NCBI GenBank assembly: GCA_027459525.1 | Contig: DAIDIC010000143.1 | Coordinates: forward strand, 3,704-67,703 | Length of the DNA: 64,000 bases | Origin: Ktedonobacteria bacterium | GTDB taxonomy: Bacteria > Chloroflexota > Ktedonobacteria > Ktedonobacterales > JACDGC01 | Direction: 5' to 3' | Notes under the pieces: generated by a model | Seen by the model: the letters and a program-made list of their open reading frames with translations, nothing else | Told to the model about the DNA's origin: nothing | Databases searched by the model: none | Translations under genes and position numbers: made by a program | In this document: one piece after another, positions 18,265 through 26,145 of the stretch | Numbering within the stretch: position 1 is the first letter of the stretch | How the letters are laid out: each line of letters starts with the position of its first letter

Positions 18265-20910
18265 ATGCCTTGTTTTTTTACTGAGAAAAATTCCGGTGAA
18301 ACGAACCCCGTTCTGACGGACCGAAATTTTGCTCTCCCCGGAGATACACCCCACTTTCCTCCGGATAGGCCGGTAGATACCCGGCATATTGCTTTAAATA
18401 TTACGGTAGATTTCTCTGCTAAGGCATTGCGCGGAACCTGCGATATTACCCTTTCCGCTCTTTTTGAAGAAGTTCAAACTATTAAACTGCAAGCAGCAGA
18501 AATGACAATCACTTCGGTACACATTACCGGCAAGCAATGGCCGAAGCCTGTTGCGTTGCAGTTTGACTACGATGGTGAAAATCTATTTATCGAATTAGAT
18601 ACACCGCTGAAATATGGCAGCGAATGCGCGCTATCTATCACCTACGCCACGCATCCACGCATTGGTATGAACTTCGTCGGCCCTAATGCAGGAGACCCGG
18701 ATCGCGCTGTGCAAGCGCACACCCAAGGTCAACCGGAATATGCGCATTATTGGTTTCCCTGCCACGATTCCCCGAACGACCGCGCTACTATGAGCGTTGC
18801 GGCGCAGGTTCCCGATACATTTTTTGCCGTATCGAACGGTCGGTTGGAAAAAGTGGAAACCGACACCAATAATCATACCAAAACATTCTATTATCATGAA
18901 TCCGTGCCGTTTCCTGCCTATATCGCCACATTAGCTGTCGGTGAATTTACTGAATTACGTGACGAGTTTGGTGAAACCCCTGTTTTATATTATGTAAGAC
19001 CCGGTTTTGAAGAACACGCCAAACGAATGATGGGCGATACACCCAAAATGCTCGCCTACTATTCCGAACATTTCGGTATTCGTTATCCCTATGAAAAGTA
19101 TGCGCAAGTTATCCTTGAAGAATTTACCGGCGCTATGGAAAACACTTCAGCAACTTCTCATACTTGGCTGCTGCTGCCCGATGAAAAATCTTTTATCGAT
19201 TGGGAAGGGAAAGCCACCGTTGCCCATGAATTGGTGCATCAATGGTTTGGTGACCTATTAACCTGCCGCGATTGGTCGCATGCATGGCTGAACGAAAGCT
19301 TTGCTACCTATTTTGAGGAAACGTGGAAACAAGCCGATCCCACCGCAGGTGAATTGGAGTTTCGGCTGGGCATGAAAGCCAATCAGCGGTTCTACCTTGA
19401 TGAAGACAGCTCATATCGGCGCCCGATTGTGTATAATGTGTATGAACGCGACGGACAAGAATTATTTGATCGGCATTTATACGAAAAAGGCTCGTGCGTG
19501 CTGCATATGCTGCGTTATATTACCGGTGAAGCTGCGTTTTGGCGCGCCATTCAATATTACGCCCAGCGAAATCGCGGCCGCGAAGTGATAACAGCAGATC
19601 TTGAACGCGCGTTTGAAGAATCTGCCGGCAAAAGTTTGGGGCAATTTTTTAATCAGTGGGTATACCATGGCGGGCATCCCGAATTGGATGTATCTTATAC
19701 TTGGGATGGCGACGCGAAATTAGCAAAAGTCACTATCAAACAAACACAGAAACCCGACACACTAACGCTGCTGTTTAACACACCTATAGATATTGCGTTT
19801 ACATTCGACCACAAAGGCAAAACAGAAACAAAGATTCAGCAAATCACCATTTCGCAGACAGCTGAAACATTTGTGTTTCCGTTGGAAAAACGGCCGGCAG
19901 CGGTACGTCTGGATCCTTATGGGTGGATATTAAAAACGGTAACATTTGATCGCCCGGTAACCATGCTGCGCTGGCAGCTGCAACAAGACACTGACCCAAT
20001 GGGCAGACTTGAAGCCGCCGAGGCGCTGGCAAAATTCGATGATAGTGTCACCATTGCAGCTTTAAGCGAGGCGCTGCAACAAGATGATTTTTGGGCTGTG
20101 CGCAGCGCATGCGCAAGCAGTTTAGCCAAAATAAAATCTCAAACCGCGTTAAACGCTTTACTGGCCGCCGCAAAATCCGAAAAGCATCCCAAAGCCTTAC
20201 GAAGTGTTGTCGCTGCGTTAGGAGCATTTAAAGCTCCGGAACGCGCAAACGAAGCCAAAGCGGCTGCCGAAGCGCTGGAACATATCATAAAACATGGCGC
20301 AAAAAGCTATCAGGTTGAAGCAGAAGCTGCTATCAGTTTAGGAAAAACCCGTGTTCCCCAAGCGCAGGCTATTCTTAGCAAACACACCGGCGCATCCGGC
20401 TGGCAAGAAATCGTCAGCAAAGGGGCTATGCTTGGGTTAGCTAAGTTGGGAACACCCGAAGCAGCCGAAGTGTTAACCGGAATTTTAACCGATCCATCCA
20501 AGCCAATGCTGCAACGAGATGGCGCCGCAATGGCGCTGCGATCATTATTGGCTGAAGATAAAATTGCAGCGGATAGCGCCGCCCATATTGCCATCCGCGA
20601 GGCGCTTGTTATGGCGCTGGATGACCCTTGGGTGCGAGCGCGTACATTTGCCGCGCTTGCCTTACTGCAGCTTAATGATCCCGCAACTATTCCGGCGTTG
20701 GAAAACCACATAACTCGCGAGTTGGAATCGCGCCCGCGCAGATATATGCGCCAAGCTGTGCTGGCTATTCGCGCTGGAAATAAAACCGAGGCAGAAAGCA
20801 AAAAACTCCGCAAAGATGTTGAAGAACTGCGTGAAGATAACCGCAAACTACGGGAACGAATCACTATTCTGGAAGCGCGTTTTCCTTCTGAAAAAGCCGA
20901 AACCGAATAG
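18265..20910 (+). CDS. pepN: M1-family aminopeptidase (aminopeptidase N-like) with C-terminal HEAT-like repeats
   Basis: GAMEN motif (TGAMENTSA) and the zinc motif HELVHQWFGD...WLNESFA. The ORF opens at 18196. The ATG at 18265 is preferred because AAGGGAG lies 11 nt upstream. Confidence 0.85.
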   Translation: MPCFFTEKNSGETNPVLTDRNFALPGDTPHFPPDRPVDTRHIALNITVDFSAKALRGTCDITLSALFEEVQTIKLQAAEMTITSVHITGKQWPKPVALQFDYDGENLFIELDTPLKYGSECALSITYATHPRIGMNFVGPNAGDPDRAVQAHTQGQPEYAHYWFPCHDSPNDRATMSVAAQVPDTFFAVSNGRLEKVETDTNNHTKTFYYHESVPFPAYIATLAVGEFTELRDEFGETPVLYYVRPGFEEHAKRMMGDTPKMLAYYSEHFGIRYPYEKYAQVILEEFTGAMENTSATSHTWLLLPDEKSFIDWEGKATVAHELVHQWFGDLLTCRDWSHAWLNESFATYFEETWKQADPTAGELEFRLGMKANQRFYLDEDSSYRRPIVYNVYERDGQELFDRHLYEKGSCVLHMLRYITGEAAFWRAIQYYAQRNRGREVITADLERAFEESAGKSLGQFFNQWVYHGGHPELDVSYTWDGDAKLAKVTIKQTQKPDTLTLLFNTPIDIAFTFDHKGKTETKIQQITISQTAETFVFPLEKRPAAVRLDPYGWILKTVTFDRPVTMLRWQLQQDTDPMGRLEAAEALAKFDDSVTIAALSEALQQDDFWAVRSACASSLAKIKSQTALNALLAAAKSEKHPKALRSVVAALGAFKAPERANEAKAAAEALEHIIKHGAKSYQVEAEAAISLGKTRVPQAQAILSKHTGASGWQEIVSKGAMLGLAKLGTPEAAEVLTGILTDPSKPMLQRDGAAMALRSLLAEDKIAADSAAHIAIREALVMALDDPWVRARTFAALALLQLNDPATIPALENHITRELESRPRRYMRQAVLAIRAGNKTEAESKKLRKDVEELREDNRKLRERITILEARFPSEKAETE

Positions 20911-20938
20911 CCGCAGCAAACTGAAACTGCATATCACA

Positions 20939-20971
20939 CCTGCGCAAGGGGCAACCGTTCCCTCGCGCAGG
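20939..20971 (+). terminator. Hairpin downstream of pepN (possible terminator)
   Basis: CCTGCGCAAGGGGCAACCGTTCCCTCGCGCAGG forms a GC-rich stem 28 nt after the pepN stop. The U-tract is weak. Confidence 0.4.
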
Positions 20972-21013
20972 ATAATCTTTCAGCACAAAATTTATGAAAG
21001 TGAATCCGCCCAT

Positions 21014-21523
21014 ATGAACGCAAAAGATTTCATCAACCTAGAGCTGCAAGAAATGCGTGGATTGTTTAACGCATCGCTGCAAGATATAACAGAAGAACAG
21101 TTTAACTGGATTCCGGGATCTGCCGCCAACCCGATTCGCGCCATTGCCATACACGCTTGGGGCGCTGAAGATTACTTTATCCAAACCATATTACAAAATA
21201 AACCCAGAATATTTGAGACCGAACATTGGGGGGAAAAACTTGGGTTACCCAACACTCCCGGACAAGGCCGCGGATGGGAAGCTGCAGTTACAACACAGAT
21301 AAGTCTTGCAAAAGCTCTGGAATATTACACAAATGTGCAGGCTGCAACCGCAATATATTGCAGCAACATAACCGATGAAGAATTGCAGAAAACGGTTCAG
21401 TTTTTTAAACAAGAAATCAGCGCCGCCAAAGCTATTTCTCGGTTATTGCTGCACTCAACCGGGCACGCTGGAGAAATTGCCGCGCTGCGCGGTATGCAAG
21501 GCGTAAAAGGTTTACCATTTTAA
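21014..21523 (+). CDS. DinB-family (four-helix bundle) protein
   Basis: The ATG at 21014 (MNAKDFINLE...) lies inside ORF 20816-21523. The upstream part of that ORF overlaps pepN. Conserved His positions (HAWGAEDY, HSTGHAGEI) are typical of DinB/YfiT-like proteins. Confidence 0.65.
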   Translation: MNAKDFINLELQEMRGLFNASLQDITEEQFNWIPGSAANPIRAIAIHAWGAEDYFIQTILQNKPRIFETEHWGEKLGLPNTPGQGRGWEAAVTTQISLAKALEYYTNVQAATAIYCSNITDEELQKTVQFFKQEISAAKAISRLLLHSTGHAGEIAALRGMQGVKGLPF

Positions 21524-21545
21524 ACATATTCACAACCATTTCCTG

Positions 21546-21575
21546 TTGTATTTTTCATCAAACATATGGTATAGT
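21546..21575 (+). promoter_or_regulatory. Candidate sigma-70-type promoter with extended -10
   Basis: TTGTAT (21546-21551), an 18-nt spacer, then TGgTATAGT (21567-21575). Confidence 0.35.
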
Positions 21576-21602
21576 GTAAGTATTGAAAGGAGGTGGTGTT
21601 TC

Positions 21603-21680
21603 GTGAGTGAACGTTTCAACCGTATAAGCAATGTTTTCTCTCGCTGCGCCGATTTATCTTCTATGGGTGAGCGACAGTAA
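21603..21680 (+). CDS. Candidate 25-codon small ORF (VSERFNRISNVFSRCADLSSMGERQ)
   Basis: Strong SD AAGGAGG (21587-21593) lies 9 nt before GTG at 21603. There is a promoter-like sequence upstream and an intrinsic terminator downstream. The ORF is too short for the supplied track. The transcript could instead be a non-coding RNA. Confidence 0.3.
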   Translation: MSERFNRISNVFSRCADLSSMGERQ

Positions 21681-21747
21681 TATCTGTAACCGCTGTCTAC
21701 GGCTGATAACTCATTAGCCGGCAGAGATTCTGCTTATGCGGTTGTTG

Positions 21748-21783
21748 CCGGAGCGAAATATTAAATTCGCTCCGGTATTTTTA
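21748..21783 (+). terminator. Rho-independent terminator
   Basis: CCGGAGCGAA-atattaaa-TTCGCTCCGG followed by TATTTTTA. Confidence 0.6.
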
Positions 21784-21797
21784 TGCATTCACGTTAT

Positions 21798-21926
21798 CAG
21801 GACTTTCGCTGCAACATAGAAAATTGGAGATGTATAAGGGGCAGGCGTCCCTTGTACGGGGTTCTGGGGTGTCCCCAGACCTCCCGTATTTCAGAACATG
21901 TGCTTCTCTTTCAAGCGAAAGTTCTA
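21798..21926 (+). mobile_element. Family-A TIR element, copy 5 (129 bp, internal deletion)
   Basis: Both termini and both hairpins are present. The segment CTTTGTTGCAGATACGAGAACC is shortened to CGTATTTCAGAAC. Perfect 5-bp flanking repeats GTTAT lie at 21793-21797 and 21927-21931. The copy ends 24 nt before the start of 21951-23024. Confidence 0.85.
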
Positions 21927-21950
21927 GTTATACTAGAGGATTAAAGAGCA

Positions 21951-23024
21951 ATGATTCTGCTTCATGAAACGGAAACTCCACATTATTTACCCGTTTTAGG
22001 CCTTCAAAAAGGTCACCCCGTTTGGCACGCCATTTCATCTTTACCCGGCGCTAACGGCGCAATAGAACTGCTGCAAATGGCGCGTAAAATTGGCGCCCAC
22101 GATTGCTGGATTCAAGACGCCGGTTCCTATCGCGAACATTTTGATTTATTTAAAAATTCTGTGGAAATTGCGCTGGCTCTTGGCGCAGTGCGCGCCACCA
22201 CATCAGAAATTGGCGCCGTGTTAAAATTAAAAAAAGGCCAATACCCCGATGAAAACGCCATCATTTCCAGTGTTACCAGTTCACAAATGAAATCAATCAT
22301 CTATTCTGCTTCGCAGCGCGCGCCATCATTCTTTACACTATGCGAAACCGCCGCGCAAAATATTTTAAACTTTTTTCTTTGTCGAAATGGAGCTTTTCAA
22401 TCCGCCGCAATTTTGTGCGGCCCAGGAGGCACGGGATTAGTAGGCATAGCGCTGGCGCGCGCCGCCGCGAAAAAATCGCTTCCGGCAGATATTTATTTAA
22501 TCAATCGAAACCATACACTTACGGAAAACGAACACAGCATTATACAAAATCTGGAGCAATCGGGCGCGCATATCTTCACACATATTCCCGCTAAAAATGA
22601 GCTGGCGCGCTACCAATATCTTTTCGACGCGCTGCTGGGCAACGGCTCGGTAAGTGAGCCATATGGAGCGGTTGCCTCCGCTATTTTTGCGCTGCAGCAA
22701 TATCCGCAAAACACTATTGCCATAGATCTGCCTTCCGGTATGGATCCGGATGAGCGCGGTGTGTATGACCTTTGCGTTTGCGCCGCAGAAACCTATATTA
22801 TAACACTGCCGCGCCGATGCCATACCCATACATTCTCCGAACAATACACGGGCAAGCCGCTTATGGTTATGAGCGGAGCGGATAAAAAAGCAATAAAATC
22901 AGTCAGCGCAGGTATCGGCGCCAATGTGCCCTTGCAAGGATATTTTGCGCTGCTGCGGCGCCAGCTTGCCGAAGCGCAAGATTTTTCCAGCGAGTGGACA
23001 CGGTTTATCGCCGATCTGCGTTAG
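21951..23024 (+). CDS. Two-domain protein: N-terminal DUF4031-like, C-terminal YjeF_N (NAD(P)HX epimerase)-like with degenerate glycine motif
   Basis: N-terminus WHAISS...LLQMARKIGAHDCWIQDAGSYREHFDL...ALALGA resembles DUF4031. The C-terminus ILCGPGGTGLVGIALAR...LFDALLGNG...IAIDLPSGMDPD resembles YjeF_N, but GPGGTGLVG replaces the usual GxGNNGGDG. Confidence 0.5.
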   Translation: MILLHETETPHYLPVLGLQKGHPVWHAISSLPGANGAIELLQMARKIGAHDCWIQDAGSYREHFDLFKNSVEIALALGAVRATTSEIGAVLKLKKGQYPDENAIISSVTSSQMKSIIYSASQRAPSFFTLCETAAQNILNFFLCRNGAFQSAAILCGPGGTGLVGIALARAAAKKSLPADIYLINRNHTLTENEHSIIQNLEQSGAHIFTHIPAKNELARYQYLFDALLGNGSVSEPYGAVASAIFALQQYPQNTIAIDLPSGMDPDERGVYDLCVCAAETYIITLPRRCHTHTFSEQYTGKPLMVMSGADKKAIKSVSAGIGANVPLQGYFALLRRQLAEAQDFSSEWTRFIADLR

Positions 23025-23067
23025 CGCACCTCAACAACACAATTTTTTCGTCTAACGCAGTCTTAGA

Positions 23068-23910
23068 TTATTTTTGCAGCAGCGCTTGGCGCGGAAAACC
23101 ATCTTCTACCGTTGCGTCTAATGTTTCCGTAAAATGAACGGTCATGCCATCCCGTGGAATAATAATTTTCCCTGCGTATTCTTTCGCGGCAACTGCGCGC
23201 GCCAACGTTTCATCGGTATGCGGCGCAGATAAATGCACCAGCCCCAATGATTTCACATGGTTATCTTGCGCAGTTTTTGCTGCTTGCTGAGCGGTAAAGT
23301 GTCCCACCTTATCCGCCATTTCCTCATTTCCTTGAATATACGTCGCTTCCGTAATAAAGCATGAAGCGTTCGCGGCAATATCCTTCAAAGAATCGGTATA
23401 TTTTGTATCGCTGGTATACCCAAGAATAGCTTTGGGAGCATCGGGGCTGCTTAAACGTATTCCGGCGCAGGGAACACTATGCAGGGTAAGAAACGCCGTT
23501 GCGGCAAAATCTGCCATAAAAAATGGCTCACCGGGTTGAATCGTATGAATATCGATGGCATAGGCCCATGTTTCCGGAATAATTTCAAAAGCATATACAT
23601 CTAACAGTTTATGAATTATCTCGGTAACCGGCGCTATTGCATAAATTGGCAAAGCAGTAGTGCGCCCGCCTAGCCGCAGACTTTCTATCAGCGAAGGTAA
23701 GCCGCCAATATGATCGATATGCGCATGAGTGATAAATACTGCGTCAATACTTTCAGCGTTTTTGCCGGCGCGCAATATATTTCGATAGGGATCGCCGCCG
23801 CAATCAATAAGAACCGTTTTATCTCTGGATTCGTTTTCAATCAGCAAAGAAGTGTTTGCCCTATCTAAACTCGGCAAAGCAGCTCCGGTGCCTAAAAATG
23901 TAACATACAT
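23068..23910 (-). CDS. MBL-fold metallo-hydrolase (RNase Z/ElaC-like)
   Basis: MYVTFLGTGAALP at the N-terminus and the HxHxDH motif THAHIDHIGG. The ATG at 23910 is preferred over the TTG at 23928 because AGAAGG lies about 8 nt upstream. Confidence 0.8.
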   Translation of the reverse strand: MYVTFLGTGAALPSLDRANTSLLIENESRDKTVLIDCGGDPYRNILRAGKNAESIDAVFITHAHIDHIGGLPSLIESLRLGGRTTALPIYAIAPVTEIIHKLLDVYAFEIIPETWAYAIDIHTIQPGEPFFMADFAATAFLTLHSVPCAGIRLSSPDAPKAILGYTSDTKYTDSLKDIAANASCFITEATYIQGNEEMADKVGHFTAQQAAKTAQDNHVKSLGLVHLSAPHTDETLARAVAAKEYAGKIIIPRDGMTVHFTETLDATVEDGFPRQALLQK

Positions 23911-24150
23911 TATGCTGCCTTCTTTCAAATCAGATATGTTTAATTCTGAACATAATACACTTTTTAAGCCAAATTCAATAGAAAAAGCGCTAAAAACTCA
24001 TTTACTCTGTTTTTTGTGAACAATTTACTGTAGAACACATAAAACCGCGGCGCTATCGGTAAAAATAGCTGAATCTGCCGTATTTGAAATAGACAAAACA
24101 ACAAATGCATGCGGCTCCTGCTTGTCTTTTCCTTATTGCTATTATACAAA

Positions 24151-24759
24151 TTACCCCAAAATCTCCGGATTACGTAATATCTCTGCCATTTTAAACGCCG
24201 CCACCCCGCGATGGCTGATCTGCGCCTTTATTTCAGGAGTTAATTCAGCCAGCGTCGCGTGAAATTCCGGTATATAAAAAATCGGATCATACCCAAAACC
24301 ATAGACGCCACGCGGCTCTAACACTATCATACCTTCAATGCTTCCCTCAGTTAAGTATACTTTGCCGGTTTGAGGAATATGCAAAGCCAAGGCGCACCAA
24401 TACCTTGCGGTTCGTTTTTCTTCAGGGATCGCCGCAAGTTTTTCTGCTATTTTCTGAAAGCGCGCGGGGTACGGCGTAGAATATCCGCAAAAACGCGCAG
24501 AATATACTCCAAGTTCATCAGGCATGGCGTCAATAATCAACCCCGAATCATCTGCAAGAGCAGGTATGTGCGCTGCCGCAGCATAGACAGATGCCTTATG
24601 CGCTGCGTTTTCGGCAAACGTTGTATATGGCTCTTCTACATCAATTTCCAGCCCAATTTCTGCAAGTGTAATTATAGTAAAGGGGATTGCGCTTAATAAA
24701 CCGCGCATTTCCCTTACTTTATCTGCATTCGATGTAGCAAAAAGTAGCGTATATGTCAT
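24151..24759 (-). CDS. rdgB: Non-canonical purine NTP pyrophosphatase (RdgB/HAM1 family)
   Basis: LLFATSNADKVREM, FGYDPIF and SHRG motifs. The ATG at 24759 is preferred over the TTG at 24792. Confidence 0.85.
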   Translation of the reverse strand: MTYTLLFATSNADKVREMRGLLSAIPFTIITLAEIGLEIDVEEPYTTFAENAAHKASVYAAAAHIPALADDSGLIIDAMPDELGVYSARFCGYSTPYPARFQKIAEKLAAIPEEKRTARYWCALALHIPQTGKVYLTEGSIEGMIVLEPRGVYGFGYDPIFYIPEFHATLAELTPEIKAQISHRGVAAFKMAEILRNPEILG

Positions 24760-24793
24760 TGCTGTCTCATTTCCATAAATTGGCTGCCGCAAT

Positions 24794-25774
24794 CTATCCT
24801 TGCGGCATAGAAAATTTCATTGAAGCCGGCGTAAATAGCACTGCTTTGGGAGACGCCCAAAGTGATAAAAAAGTTGCAGTTGGCAAATAATGCACAAAAT
24901 AGGTCGACGAATCGACTATCATAAATCCTTGCGAATCAGCGCCGGTTACTACTAAAAAATGTCCCGGCGAAAAATAAGAATAATATCCGCCGCTCACATC
25001 ACGAACTCCGATAATCACTGGTATCTCATAAGTTGTAACTATTGTCCGCAATTGGTTAATATCAATAGAGTCGGTTACAATCGTCGAAAAACCTTCCTGC
25101 TGCCCTACCTGCTGAAACGCATCTACATTTACTAAACCACCCGTTGGCGATAAACCGGATCCCATATCTTCAATTATATGCCCGATATTGCCAGTTTTAT
25201 CTCCCCACGCCGTTAAAACTTCCGAAGTTGCCGCCGCACTGCAATCTGCTCCCGAGTATCGGTCATATTGCTGCCGGGAAGTATATCCAATTGTCGGATC
25301 AATTTGAATAAATGTGGGCACGCGGCTTGCAACCGATGTATAGGTGTATGTTGAGGCAGATGATTGAAATGTTTGATGAAACAACCCTAATGGATCGTAT
25401 ACAAATCGCAACGATGCGACCATTGCGCTAATCAAAGTCACTACCAGCGCTGCCTGCCACAACAATGACCTTGCAGCCGGCGTTTTTATGCGGACCCGCG
25501 GCGCGCGCGGTATATATGGCAGCGGTCTGCTTTCTAAATCAGCCAAATTTGGCTGCGCTTGTGGATAGTATACTCCGGAAGTACGCAGGTAGTTATCTTC
25601 CTCATCCCACACAAAATCTGCCGGAGCTTCTGCAGTGTCTTGCATTTCTTTGCTGTCATATTTGATGCGGCGATCGTACACATCCGATGGAATGGCTGGT
25701 AATGTAATAGATTTGGGAATAAGGGGATGAGCGTTATTCGGATAACGCGCCCCATTTGTTTTTCTGGTGTTCAC
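24794..25774 (-). CDS. Membrane-anchored papain-like (peptidase C39-like) domain protein
   Basis: One central TM helix (LLWQAALVVTLISAMVASL). The C-terminal domain has a candidate catalytic Cys (GADCSAAATSEVL) and His (SPGHFLVVTG). Confidence 0.5.
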   Translation of the reverse strand: MNTRKTNGARYPNNAHPLIPKSITLPAIPSDVYDRRIKYDSKEMQDTAEAPADFVWDEEDNYLRTSGVYYPQAQPNLADLESRPLPYIPRAPRVRIKTPAARSLLWQAALVVTLISAMVASLRFVYDPLGLFHQTFQSSASTYTYTSVASRVPTFIQIDPTIGYTSRQQYDRYSGADCSAAATSEVLTAWGDKTGNIGHIIEDMGSGLSPTGGLVNVDAFQQVGQQEGFSTIVTDSIDINQLRTIVTTYEIPVIIGVRDVSGGYYSYFSPGHFLVVTGADSQGFMIVDSSTYFVHYLPTATFLSLWASPKAVLFTPASMKFSMPQG

Positions 25775-25902
25775 AAACCTGAAATTCCTTTCCTGATTAC
25801 ATTTCTTGCAACCATAAACCGATAGCGCAATAAAGAACTATAGACATATTTAAAGTTTAGGAAATTATATCATGTTTTTATGATACATTCCATTATATGC
25901 TA

Positions 25903-26014
25903 TAGACCTGAACATGAAAAAGGAAAAGGGGAGTTTGGGGACACCCCAAGCCCTGTCAGGAGTCCCATTGCCTCCTGCGCCTCTGTTTATTCTTTGCTTA
26001 CGCTCAGGTCTCTA
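25903..26014 (+). repeat. Family-B ~112-bp structured repeat, copy 1
   Basis: Sequence TAGACCTGAACATGAAAAAGGAAAAGGGGAGTTTGGGGACACCCCAAGCCCTGTCAGGAGTCCCATTGCCTCCTGCGCCTCTGTTTATTCTTTGCTTACGCTCAGGTCTCTA. The termini are inverted (AGACCTGA / TCAGGTCT). The hairpin TTGGGG-ACA-CCCCAA resembles the family-A hairpin CTGGGG-TGT-CCCCAG. Confidence 0.55.
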
Positions 26015-26145
26015 GTACCTTAGTATCCAATACAGAACAGCCGCTGACGGCGCAGAGACAATCCATGGTATGACAGCCGCGGCAAACATATGTAGCCGGC
26101 TAAGAAAAATAGCCGCAAGCAAAATTTTTTTGAGGCACAAGAAAA

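Noticed and set aside
20816-21013. An upstream extension of the DinB-family ORF overlaps the 3' end of pepN.
   Set aside because: It overlaps pepN and a hairpin downstream of it. The DinB-like sequence begins at the ATG at 21014.
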